IMG/VR virus record: IMGVR_UViG_3300008255_000125
Strand: one strand, 5' to 3'
DNA: 64,000 bases
Origin: an uncultured virus (IMG/VR IMGVR_UViG_3300008255_000125)
Taxonomy: Duplodnaviria > Heunggongvirae > Uroviricota > Caudoviricetes
How positions within the stretch are numbered: the stretch's first letter is position 1; each line of letters starts with the position of its first letter. Below the pieces are notes generated by a model. The model saw nothing but the letters and a program-made list of their open reading frames with translations, was not told the origin of the DNA and ran no database searches. Positions 1 through 11,100 of the stretch are shown here, piece by piece. Both the position numbers and the translations under genes were made by a program.

Positions 1-70
1 GTGTTTTTTTAACATTTTCAACAACTCCTGAATACTTATTTGTCTTATCTATTATTGATTTAGCATTCAT

Positions 71-274
71 TTATTTTAAGTTATTAATATATCCAATAAG
101 GTTTTGGAATATACCTATTAATTCTATTCTACCACTAACCTCAGCTTTTACAAGATGAATATCATTGCCATCTGTTTCTATTACTATTTGCCTCATTTTT
201 TGAGCATTTTTACTACCTATATTATTTGCTCCTTCTATTTTTGGAGCATCTCCTGTTTTTTCTTCATTTTCCAT
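71..274 (-). CDS. hypothetical protein
   Basis: 67-aa ORF co-oriented with the late module, AT-rich leader. Confidence 0.6.
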   Translation of the reverse strand: MENEEKTGDAPKIEGANNIGSKNAQKMRQIVIETDGNDIHLVKAEVSGRIELIGIFQNLIGYINNLK

Positions 275-335
275 AAATTTATATAATTAATTTAATAATA
301 CTGTTATTATACCATTGTCTAAAGATTTATCCAAA

Positions 336-2702
336 TTATGATACCACCTCGACCCCTGTGTCACTAGCAATCCACCCATAATTTCCAACAAGGTCTGTTT
401 TGGCATAATATACTAACACTCCAGTTCCATCACCTGCCCCTTCTCCATTTTTTCTTCCATCAGAACAGTATACCATCGACCCTTCTTGAACTGGTAAAAT
501 ACTTGTACCATAATAAATTTTAACCTTTAATACATCTAATGACATTGTTGGACTATTATAATTACCTTTTACAACTACCTCTATACCTGTCAATGTTTCA
601 GTTCCAGTTGTAAAACCAAATGTATTATATACCTGCTTTATGTCACCTTGTGATAATCGAACTCTAAAATTAGCGTCTATCATATCTGCTACAGTCCAAC
701 TTGATCCCCATAATTCACTAGCACCACTACCATATGTTTCAGTTGTATCACTTGCTCCGAATGTTTTAATTAATGGTGTTTGCCAGTTTGCACCAGCGTC
801 TTTGGATAATTCAACAGTCAAATTACCGCTTGTTGCATCAAATGTAGCGTAAGATCCATCGTCTGCATAAATATTTTCTGGATTTAGGAATCCACCTGTT
901 TTAAATGTAACTTCTGGTCCATACTTATAACCATAAGGATTATAAGCATAAGATCTTACGTAGTAATTAGTACTAGATATAAGACCAGTCATTGATGTTG
1001 TGTATGTTCCTACTCCATATGAACCAGATGATTCATTATGTCCACCATAGAAAGAAGAAGTTGGTGCAACATTACCTGGATCACTATGACTTGTTGTACT
1101 CCAAACAGCACCCCTTATAGTTGCGTTTGCACTACCAATACTCAATATCTCACCATTTGCAGTAGCTGTTAATACTCCGATAGATGAAACAGCAGCAGTA
1201 TCCATTATTAACGAAATATTAATTGTTCTACTCTCTGATATATTTAAAGTATCGTACTTATTTACCTCCATTATTGTAGCTGGAGATGTAGTAACACTTC
1301 TTGATATATTTAATAAATCAGAAACATTAATTGAAGCACTTGTAGTTGTTCTTGTTAATACTGATCCATAAGATGTTCCAACGGCATTTGTGGCGTAAGC
1401 TCTAACATAATACTTTGTACCATATTTTAAATTTATTATATATGTATTATAAGATCCTGTTGTTCCTGATGTTATGCTTATGTCATCTGCGATTGTTGGT
1501 GATGAATTAGTTGTACTATAGCAGAATCCTCTTTCAAGTATTGTACTTCCACCGTCATTTGCAACGTTACCAACTCCAGTAATTGTTTCTTCTCCTGTAA
1601 CGGTTGCTGATGTTGTTGAAATAATAGGAACAACTGATACAAAATTCCATCCAGTATTATGACCACCATCTACATAACCTAATGAATTAAAAGTTGCTCC
1701 ACCTGATGCAGTTGAATAATCTATATCTAACCATTCACAGTTGTTTGTTCCAGATGTATCAATAATCCCCCAGCCAAGTGCTCCTGTCCCCCTCATTGTT
1801 ATTTTACTTGTATATGTACCAACAGCTGTTAGCGTTGATACAGTTTGAGTTGTTCCATCAACAAAGTAAACAGTTCTACCTGCATCTATTGTTATGTTGT
1901 TAAATCCATTTGAATTATAAAAATAAAATATTCCAGTTCCACTTGTGTTTATCCATAAATTATTAAATGTTTTACTTACACCAACAAAACTTTTTGCACT
2001 ACTTGAATTATTTGTAAATTTAATAAGTGAAGTTGATGGATTTATTGTTAGTGTATAACCACCAGCTCCTGTATGCCTTATATCAAAAGTTTTATATGAG
2101 CCAAATTGTGAATCATATCCTGTAAAAGTCCAAGTACCAGTACCCATATTTATTGTTCTATTTCCTGGGGATGCTGTATTTTCCCAATACAACATACCTC
2201 CAACAGTAAAATCAGAAGTAACAGTTAGTGTTCCTCCACCATTTGAGTTTTGACATAAAAAGAATCCATTTGGTGAATAAAAACTATCTGTAAGTGTACA
2301 TGTACCTCCATTACCAGATATTTCAAAATCTATACCAGTAATAGTAACACCATTTGTTGTTATTGATCTAGTTACACCAGTCATTCTAAGATTACCATAA
2401 CTAGTACCACCTAGTGTCATACCAGCTCCAAAAATTAAACTTCCTTGTATATTAAACCACTGGTCATTACCACCTTGAAGATCTCCGTACCATGTTCCTG
2501 TGTATCCAGTAAAATCAAGATCTAAGCAATATGTACCCCCTTTAGCAATTATAGTACCAGATCCAGAGTTGGCATTTACATATACATTATCTGTAATTAC
2601 TGGGACAGAAGCACCACCTGCACCACCAGAAGAAGCAGACCAGTGTGAAGTATCTGTTTTATCCCATGTTCCTGTTCCTCCTACCCAATATCTATTTGCC
2701 AT
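336..2702 (-). CDS. tail fibre/adhesin-like virion protein with FN3-like domains
   Basis: N-terminal MANRYWVGGTGTWD motif, Gly/Thr-rich beta-helix-like region, two YYVRAYA/YYVRSYA FN3-like modules. Confidence 0.65.
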   Translation of the reverse strand: MANRYWVGGTGTWDKTDTSHWSASSGGAGGASVPVITDNVYVNANSGSGTIIAKGGTYCLDLDFTGYTGTWYGDLQGGNDQWFNIQGSLIFGAGMTLGGTSYGNLRMTGVTRSITTNGVTITGIDFEISGNGGTCTLTDSFYSPNGFFLCQNSNGGGTLTVTSDFTVGGMLYWENTASPGNRTINMGTGTWTFTGYDSQFGSYKTFDIRHTGAGGYTLTINPSTSLIKFTNNSSSAKSFVGVSKTFNNLWINTSGTGIFYFYNSNGFNNITIDAGRTVYFVDGTTQTVSTLTAVGTYTSKITMRGTGALGWGIIDTSGTNNCEWLDIDYSTASGGATFNSLGYVDGGHNTGWNFVSVVPIISTTSATVTGEETITGVGNVANDGGSTILERGFCYSTTNSSPTIADDISITSGTTGSYNTYIINLKYGTKYYVRAYATNAVGTSYGSVLTRTTTSASINVSDLLNISRSVTTSPATIMEVNKYDTLNISESRTINISLIMDTAAVSSIGVLTATANGEILSIGSANATIRGAVWSTTSHSDPGNVAPTSSFYGGHNESSGSYGVGTYTTSMTGLISSTNYYVRSYAYNPYGYKYGPEVTFKTGGFLNPENIYADDGSYATFDATSGNLTVELSKDAGANWQTPLIKTFGASDTTETYGSGASELWGSSWTVADMIDANFRVRLSQGDIKQVYNTFGFTTGTETLTGIEVVVKGNYNSPTMSLDVLKVKIYYGTSILPVQEGSMVYCSDGRKNGEGAGDGTGVLVYYAKTDLVGNYGWIASDTGVEVVS

Positions 2703-2704
2703 AA

Positions 2705-4804
2705 TTATTCATAACCACCAGCTGAATTAAATCCGACTGATGTAGGTGAAATTGGTAATTCTGCGACCGTATAAACTGCATTATTTATTAAACCTCCTGA
2801 ACCAACATCAAAACTACCTTTCATTTTTAGGTATGACCCATCCCATGTTAAATAGTTTGCATCAGGATCTCCTAATGAGAATTTGTAGTCTCCACCTGAT
2901 AATCCAAGAAAATATCCAATACCAGTATTAAAATCTGTTTGACCTCCACGTATACTTACATTAAAAAATGCAGATCCGTCAACTAATATTCTAACGTTAG
3001 CATTTGCTGGTGTTTGGTTTGGTCCAATTCCATATAATCCAGTATCATTTATTAAAATACCAGCAGAGTTGTCACCACCATCACCAACTGTATCAGATGT
3101 CCTAATTATAGCATTAGTACCAACTTCAAATACTGTATTTGTAATAACTCCACTAGAAAAAGATGGAGCAGATCCATCTGATGGAAGATTAAATACTGTT
3201 CCAAGAATAGGATCATAACCTCTTAATCCATTTGAATCCATTATTACACCACTCTCTCCTGCTTCAACGTTTTGACCTGTCTTTATTATTCCTCCATATA
3301 ATTCTGTTGGAGTAATGTTAAATCCTCCAATAACACCAGCTTCTGCGTCTATATTTGTTGCGTGGAATGTTCCAGTTATTTCTGTATTACTAGCCTTAAG
3401 AAATCCTGCTGGTGAAACACTAAATGGAGCCATATCAAATGAATTATGTCCAGTCCATAAACCATTATTTGTATCAAGTTCTATTCTTGAATCATTTGCT
3501 CCAGCGTATATTGATGTTGTTCCTATTGTAAACCCACCAATAACACCATCTGTAGCTGTTATTGATCCAGATATTGTTGCATTACTAGAAATTAAAGCTC
3601 CAGCCAAAGATACACTAAACGGAGCTGAGGCAAAATCTGTTGCACCAAGATGTATACCAGATGTCGTATCTAATTGTATTCTAGATACATCTGTTCCTGC
3701 GTGTAAGGAGGTTAAATCTAACGTAAACCCACCAATAGCACCTGATATTGCTGTTATGACTCCTGTTATATTTGCACTTGTTGAAACTAAATCCCCAGAT
3801 AAAGATACACTAAATGGGGCAGATGCAAAAGTTGTAGCACCTAAGTGTATTCCAGTGGTAGTGTCTAATTGTATTCTAGTTACATCTGCCCCAGCATATA
3901 AATTATCTGTATCTATTGTAAACCCACCAATCGAACCAGAAGAAGCAGTAACTGACCCAGAAATTAACGCATTAGATGTTACTAGTATACCATTAACATC
4001 TATTGTTGTATTTGGATTAGATGTTGGACCCGCACCAAATGCTATTGAGTCTGCTGCTAGGAATGTTGTATTAACACCACTAGTTACAGAAAAATCTGTG
4101 TCACTAAGTTCAAAGCCACCAACAAGTCCAGATACTGCTCTTAGTTGCCCAACATTAGAGACAGCAAAAGGATTTGTATTTATATCATAAGTTGCTGCTC
4201 CTAACCACATGTTTCCATCTATATCAACATGAAATGATGTACTATCTGATCCACCAATATCTATTGTAGAAGCAGAGAATGATCCAGAAATTACAGCACC
4301 AGTTGCGGTAAGTAATCCAGCTTGAGTTATTGTTACACTAGGTGTTCCTGTTGGACCAGCAGCAAATGCTGTTGATCCACTTGAGATTATAGTTGTATTA
4401 CCATTAAGAGTTGAAGTCAACTCTGTTTTACCTATTATAAATCCACCTATCTCTCCAGTTTTTGCTAATATTTTACCAATAACGCTAACATTATGGAATT
4501 CAGCATATCCAGTTTGTCCGTCAATAGCAAATCCTTGTGTTGATGGTTTCCAGTTTTCAGATCTAATAAAATTTCTGATCCATATGTCACCAATAGCTCC
4601 ATCTGTTTTAACAGCTTGGATATTTGAACTACCATTAGTATTTGAGCTACCCATCCCTCCGCCAGAGGTACCATCTGTGTTATTTGATTCATCACCTAAA
4701 TCTGTTAATGTTCTATCAGTAGAAAGAACAACATCATTAGATCTTTGAAGATAAGGATTTACGTATGGATTTGGTATTGTGTCATATGTTTCTATTGTTG
4801 CCAT
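2705..4804 (-). CDS. tail fibre/spike protein with GxIGGFxI repeats
   Basis: Repeated IGGFTI...APFSVS units typical of phage tail proteins. Confidence 0.65.
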   Translation of the reverse strand: MATIETYDTIPNPYVNPYLQRSNDVVLSTDRTLTDLGDESNNTDGTSGGGMGSSNTNGSSNIQAVKTDGAIGDIWIRNFIRSENWKPSTQGFAIDGQTGYAEFHNVSVIGKILAKTGEIGGFIIGKTELTSTLNGNTTIISSGSTAFAAGPTGTPSVTITQAGLLTATGAVISGSFSASTIDIGGSDSTSFHVDIDGNMWLGAATYDINTNPFAVSNVGQLRAVSGLVGGFELSDTDFSVTSGVNTTFLAADSIAFGAGPTSNPNTTIDVNGILVTSNALISGSVTASSGSIGGFTIDTDNLYAGADVTRIQLDTTTGIHLGATTFASAPFSVSLSGDLVSTSANITGVITAISGAIGGFTLDLTSLHAGTDVSRIQLDTTSGIHLGATDFASAPFSVSLAGALISSNATISGSITATDGVIGGFTIGTTSIYAGANDSRIELDTNNGLWTGHNSFDMAPFSVSPAGFLKASNTEITGTFHATNIDAEAGVIGGFNITPTELYGGIIKTGQNVEAGESGVIMDSNGLRGYDPILGTVFNLPSDGSAPSFSSGVITNTVFEVGTNAIIRTSDTVGDGGDNSAGILINDTGLYGIGPNQTPANANVRILVDGSAFFNVSIRGGQTDFNTGIGYFLGLSGGDYKFSLGDPDANYLTWDGSYLKMKGSFDVGSGGLINNAVYTVAELPISPTSVGFNSAGGYE

Positions 4805-4809
4805 TGTAT

Positions 4810-6993
4810 TTATTCATTATTTATAGTATCTTCATCAGTTGTTGGTGTATAAATAAGACTCATACGAGACATTTTACATAATTGCTTAGAAGAATCCCTT
4901 AATGATAATGATACTAATCTACAGTAGGGTGGTTTACCTCTAGCTGCATCTTTATCTGTCATCTTTATTACAGACAATCCTTTTCTAATTGTTCCTTCTA
5001 TTGGGTAATATTCTTCTTCGTTTTCTAGGTTTGCATAAAGTTGAATGGCAGAACCACGTTCGACCTCAGTCAACAAAGCTATAAGCTTACTTGAATATTC
5101 AAAAGCACTTCCACTTGAACCTGATCCAGAGTTTATCCCCATTGTTAGTTTTGTTGTGTCAATTCTAAAGTGTATAATTTCTCCGTCGTCAGTATCACCA
5201 GATAAAAATTCTTTAACAGCATGATTCCCTTGTGTATCTGTAAATTCTAATCTATCTGAATCAACGCTCTCAATAAATGTTGCAAATTCACTAGCTTTAA
5301 CATTTGTATGCACAAACCAGTTTCCTTGGGTTAAGTTATATTCCAAACATACATCTTTAAGAATTTTATTTATTGAACCATCTAATTTATATAATGTAAC
5401 ATCTCCAAGCGTAAAGAATATACTTCTTCCTTTTTTGCCAGCAGCTGAATTTTCTTTAGCTTCTTTTGTTGCCCCAGTAATATATTGTTCTATTTTATTA
5501 GATATCAATTGTGGAACACCACCACTTGTTGCGTATACTCCAGTATAGTGCATATAATATAGTGTACCAATCATTTTAACGTATCCTTTCTTTGAAACAC
5601 AACCAATATCTAAATCAAAGTTCTGAAGAGTATAATCATTCCAAGAGGCCATTGTTGTTTTGTTTGAAATCAACATTACATTACCTATATTAGTAAGCAT
5701 TGTTATTTCATCGTTTTCTCCACCAGAAAGTTTAAATGTATCATATTGTTTTACATCCTTACCTGAAATAGTAGGGTTACTTACCCATCTGAATACTTTA
5801 TCACCTTCATATGTTCCACTTATCCAAATTTCATCACTAGCTAATAAAGTTGGAGCTCCAGACCAAGTTGCAGCAATACTTGTTTCATTAACTTGTGTAA
5901 CAGTAAGTGTTGTTACATATATTGCGCCACGGTAAACATCATACGTATTAGCTCCTTCGTCTGTATAAAAATATTTAGTATCAGTTATATCTATTGTACC
6001 AGCTGAAATAGAAACAGATAAACCAGAAGCTGTTGTTGAGAATGCACTAGAAACTGTAAGTGTTGAGTCATCTACAACTTGTGTAATAACCCTACTAGTT
6101 TCACCTGTTACTAAAATCGTATCACCAACGTGGAACACACTTAAGAATTCTGTTCCAGTTCCAGTTAGGACTGTTGTCCCATCTGTAGCTACTGTACCAC
6201 CTGATACTGTTGTGTAATCATTATTAACTAATGAGATAACCCCCATTGGATAAGAAGACCTAAGTACTGTTGTTTTATATCGAATTCCAGATCTAATAAA
6301 GTCAGCCATATATAGTCTATTTTTATAGAAATTTATCTTAGAAGCTGGTGGTGTATTATATAAATGACCAGCAGGAGTGTAAGATGTCATAACCGTTGAC
6401 CCATCAGATGTAATATATCTATTACCAGCATTTATATTTGTTAAGAAGATACAATTCTCTGCATAAGTATAATCAAATACACCAGATGGAATATTTGTTC
6501 CATTTCCAGTAAGTGGAACCCATTGATTTTCATTATTTATGTAATAAATAGTAGCAACGTGTCCTGTGTTACCATCAGCAGCTTCGTAGTTAACTTTATC
6601 ATTAACAACTATATCTTCAGATACTGAAATAAATAAAGTCCAAGCCGTTTCAGTAGATTCATCATTTACTTGATCAGCTATTCCAACTTGATCGTAAACA
6701 GAGATAGAAATATCTGGATCTTCATTTTCACTGATACGATATAATCCTTGATTGTAGTTATTCTGAAAAGAAAATAATCCATAGTTAGCTCTTGTAACAA
6801 ATGGTTTACCGTCTAAATTTGTTCCTAACACAGTTTGACCTTCACGTTTTTCTATTGTACCGATCATTTTACTACGAGCATTTTCAGCATGAATTAGTTC
6901 TGTCTTTTTACCTATGTTGAAAGAGACAAGGCTGTTTACCCCTTCAAAATATGGAATATCTATTCTTCGTTGTGCCTTGCCTGGTTCTAGCAT
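4810..6993 (-). CDS. putative tail stabilisation/nozzle protein
   Basis: 727 aa, beta-rich, DIGCVS motif, position after the adaptor-like gene in a podovirus-like order. Confidence 0.5.
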   Translation of the reverse strand: MLEPGKAQRRIDIPYFEGVNSLVSFNIGKKTELIHAENARSKMIGTIEKREGQTVLGTNLDGKPFVTRANYGLFSFQNNYNQGLYRISENEDPDISISVYDQVGIADQVNDESTETAWTLFISVSEDIVVNDKVNYEAADGNTGHVATIYYINNENQWVPLTGNGTNIPSGVFDYTYAENCIFLTNINAGNRYITSDGSTVMTSYTPAGHLYNTPPASKINFYKNRLYMADFIRSGIRYKTTVLRSSYPMGVISLVNNDYTTVSGGTVATDGTTVLTGTGTEFLSVFHVGDTILVTGETSRVITQVVDDSTLTVSSAFSTTASGLSVSISAGTIDITDTKYFYTDEGANTYDVYRGAIYVTTLTVTQVNETSIAATWSGAPTLLASDEIWISGTYEGDKVFRWVSNPTISGKDVKQYDTFKLSGGENDEITMLTNIGNVMLISNKTTMASWNDYTLQNFDLDIGCVSKKGYVKMIGTLYYMHYTGVYATSGGVPQLISNKIEQYITGATKEAKENSAAGKKGRSIFFTLGDVTLYKLDGSINKILKDVCLEYNLTQGNWFVHTNVKASEFATFIESVDSDRLEFTDTQGNHAVKEFLSGDTDDGEIIHFRIDTTKLTMGINSGSGSSGSAFEYSSKLIALLTEVERGSAIQLYANLENEEEYYPIEGTIRKGLSVIKMTDKDAARGKPPYCRLVSLSLRDSSKQLCKMSRMSLIYTPTTDEDTINNE

Positions 6994-6998
6994 AATAT

Positions 6999-8135
6999 TT
7001 AAACGTTAGCTTGCCTTGATATACCCCACCAATCGAGATTGGCATCTCTCTTAACTGATGATATAATCATATCATTAAGTCCATTTGTATAAGACTCTAG
7101 ATATTGTTTATATTGAGGGTTCTGGAATTTTTGGAATGCTCTATATAACATATAATCTTTTATTACATATTCTCCTCCATTTGGAAGTTCTACTGTATCT
7201 GAATTGAGTGTTAATCTTGTAGCTTTCTTTTGATATACATAATGATGTGTTACAGCTTCTTGTGGTGTTGGTAGTAATCCAAGTTTAAATCCTCTTATGT
7301 AATATCTTGGTCCAGTTCCATTATATGTCCAAGCTTCTCTTAATGGGATAAACCCAATATCTAATTTTATTCCACCCCTAACACCTGGGTCTGAAGAATC
7401 GAGTCCAGACACGAAAGCTATTAAATGGTCAAAGTCTGATGGTAGATCATATTCTATTTGTCCTGGGATTAATAAAAGCGATGTAATAGCTGAAGAAGAA
7501 AATTCTGTGTTTGTAAGATTTAACTTGTTTTTCATTCTTCCGTAGCCTTCTGATGCCCATGAAAGAGCATCTTCTCGAGTTACAAGTCTTAATTCTCTAT
7601 TACCAAGCATACTAAAGAAGTCACTTAATATTTCTTCTGTTGTATTTGTTTCAAATCCAATATATGGAATACTATTAGACTCCTGTGAAAGGCTAGTTGT
7701 TACTGAATTATAGAATGTATACCAACCATAACCAGTTGAGTAAGATTCATCATTATGTGTTGTAAACCAGTCATTCGGCTGAAGATCTATATATCCAGTT
7801 AATGGGGTTGCTGTATCAAATGTAGTGGTTGTTGTGTGGAAAAACCTTATTTGGTTATAAGGTAAGACTGAAACTCGTGTACTTTCAGAGTGGGGAAATA
7901 AAGTAGCTGAAGATATAACAATATCTCCAGTATTGCTATCTACTGATGTTATTTTAACTATTTCTGCATTTTCAGCCCCAAAATTACCTAAAAGTAAGAA
8001 GGTATCTGTTGCAAATTGTGAATCTGTGGCATTTAGTATAGAAAAACTAGCTATACCTGCAGCACAGTTGTTAACCAAATATGAGTATTTGGTTGATGTG
8101 GTTAATGTTCTATTGTCTGCTTCTAATGTAATCAT
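6999..8135 (-). CDS. putative head-tail adaptor protein
   Basis: C-terminal GQIEYDLPSDF...LLPTP pattern typical of podoviral adaptor/tubular proteins. Confidence 0.5.
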   Translation of the reverse strand: MITLEADNRTLTTSTKYSYLVNNCAAGIASFSILNATDSQFATDTFLLLGNFGAENAEIVKITSVDSNTGDIVISSATLFPHSESTRVSVLPYNQIRFFHTTTTTFDTATPLTGYIDLQPNDWFTTHNDESYSTGYGWYTFYNSVTTSLSQESNSIPYIGFETNTTEEILSDFFSMLGNRELRLVTREDALSWASEGYGRMKNKLNLTNTEFSSSAITSLLLIPGQIEYDLPSDFDHLIAFVSGLDSSDPGVRGGIKLDIGFIPLREAWTYNGTGPRYYIRGFKLGLLPTPQEAVTHHYVYQKKATRLTLNSDTVELPNGGEYVIKDYMLYRAFQKFQNPQYKQYLESYTNGLNDMIISSVKRDANLDWWGISRQANV

Positions 8136-8192
8136 ATTATTTTTAATTAAGTTATTAAGTATATTTTACCATAGTCCTGTATATTAAATCCT

Positions 8193-11100
8193 TTAATTTA
8201 CACTTCCTGATGGTCTTCCAACTGTCTTCATTGACCCAATTGGGTTTCCAATATTATTTCTAGTTCCAACGGGGGTTCTTATTGAAGACATACTACCACT
8301 AGGTCTTCTTATCGAATTTATTGATCCATTTGGATTACCAATAGAATGACCACTTCCTTTTGGCTTTTTTATAGAAGGTGAGAATCTAAATGACTCAATC
8401 ACCACTATATCTGTTATTATAACATTTTCCATTATATTAATCACAGATATGGATTCGGTGTTAATATATTCACTTATAGTAATGTTATCATCTGTATTAA
8501 TATTTATGTTTGCATTAGCAGAATAATTGTCCGTTATATTAATATTGTCATATATTAATATACTCAAATCAGATAATTCGATAGTTTCGCCTTCTGTAAT
8601 TAGTACGGAGTCATATATATCTATTAAACCTATAGATGTATTTATGTCTATATTTTGACTTATCTTTATAATATCATTAATATTTGTACTTAAATTACCT
8701 ATTTGTGTTTGTATCTCCTCTGTTATATTAATATTGTCAAATGTAAATATAGTTAGGTTTCTAATATTATCAAGATTTTCAGATATATTAATTGAATCAT
8801 ATATAAATATATTAGGTATATTTACTTCATTAATATTTAATTCATTTATATTTATATTGTCTGATATAAATACAACAAGATTTCTAACCTCTGATAGGTT
8901 TTCGTAAATATTTACTATTTCAGATACATATATCCTAGAAATCTCTATTTGCCTATCAATATATTCTACTATGTTTATATTGTCAAATGTTGATATAGTT
9001 AGATTCTTTATTCCTTCCAAGTTTTCAGATATACTAATATAATCAAAGATATTTATATTTGATATAGAAGGTTCAGTAATTATTGATTCATTTATGTTAA
9101 TATAATCAATCTCGTTAATAAATGATATTAACTCAATATCTATAAAATAACCATCATATTTTAATAAAATATCATCAAAAGTAGTGTTTGGATCATCAAA
9201 TGTTTTTGCTGGTTCTAATACATTTATATTATCATATAAATTAATACCATATGGTGTTTCACCTATAGTTTCTTCTGATATATTTATAAGATCAAATATA
9301 TTAATATTCCCAAGATAAGAATCGAAATTATAAGATTCTGATATAGTAAGATTGTCGTATATATCTAAGAAGTATACAGTTATTATTAGGTCTATGTTTT
9401 CACTTATATTTATTGAATCTACTATATCTATTGTAAATTCTTTTTGAGATTCAATTATATCGTAAATATTAATTGAATCATATATGTATATATCACCAAT
9501 TGTAATTCCTGAAAGTATTACAGTATCTGTAATACTTAAATTATCATAAGTAGATATAGGTGATAATGTTTTATTTGAAATAGATGGAACATCTATTATA
9601 TTTAAGTTGTCACTAACATTTATGTTTCCAAGATCTGTATTGGAGATAGATGCTGATTCAGAAATACTAATTTGATCACTAACGACAACACCAGACAAAC
9701 TAGATATAGATACTATGTTTTCAGTTATGCTTACTTGATCGCTAACTGATATGTAATATGTTGGAATTATGCCTGTATAATTCTCTGTTGTATTTACTTG
9801 ATCAGATACAGATATATAATACGTTGGTGTTATCTCTGTATGGTTTTCTGTTATATTTACTTGATCACTAACTGAGATGTAGTATGTTGGTATTATATCT
9901 GTATAATTCTCTGTTATATTAATTAATTCATATGTGGAAATATTAACTGGAACACTTGCGTTGTTGTTTTCTTCTATACTAATTAAATCAAATATATTAA
10001 CAGTAGAAATCTCTTCAACTTTTGGACCAGAAGTTAAACTATAATAAACAGTGATAGAAATACTATCTACATAAGCAGTTACAGCTGTTGTCTCACTTAC
10101 AACAATAGCCTTAAATCTAACTCCAAAGTTTGAATTTTTTATATCTTCTATGTTTAGATTTAATCCCCAGGTGTCTTTAGACCCACCATAATCTATATTT
10201 GTCTCAGTTGTTGGCCAGTGTGTTATAGAATCAGCTCTACTTGACGAACTTGCTGTATCGTCTGCTTTATTTAAGAATACAGAATCATCTCTACAGTAAT
10301 CTGAAACATCGTCATGGCTTGATTTTTTTTCTACTGTTACTTTTATTCCAGTTATAGTTGCAGTATTAGGTATAGAAGAGAAGTCAAAGTTAGTTACTTT
10401 TAGAGTATTTGTTTCATCTACTGTTGGCTCTACATACGCATTACCTGCTGTAGCGTATGTATCATTACTTATTTTTACATTATCTATATCAGACCATCCA
10501 GCTACATTCCCACCTTGACTAGCTATCGTATCTACAGTTCCTCCAGTTGTTGTAGCGCTATCTATAGTTCCAGTAGCAGCTGGTCCTTCTGTTATATTTA
10601 ATAAATCATAAATATTAATATCTCCAAGTAATAATATTTTAACAGTTACAACATCGAGTATGCTTAAATTATCTACAGCTGATAGGCTTGACTCATTACT
10701 ACTGTTAATATTTTCAGATATGTTTATTAGTTCAGATGTATTAATAACCCAATTCAAGAAAAAGAATGAATTATCTTCTATTATATTTATTGAATCAGTA
10801 ACATTTATTGTTATACCAAATACAAATTCATCAACTATACTTAAACTATCAAATACGTCAATTCCACCAAGTAATCCATTTGATGTTATATCTTCTTGTA
10901 TACTTACTGTATCAGATACACTTACAAGGTATGGATTATCCATAGAAACATTTTCTGTTGTAGATATTGTATCAAAAGTATCAATACTTGAATCTACTGT
11001 AACATCTATTTCTCTTACTGTATATTGAATTATTAATCTTATATGATCAACAGATACATCCCCTAAACCAAATGCAGAATAAGCAACACCAAAATTAGTA

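Noticed and set aside
3315..4190. 291-aa plus-strand ORF and similar antisense ORFs (e.g. 35856-36530, 24023-24469)
   Set aside because: They are shadow frames of long minus-strand genes with biased codon usage.
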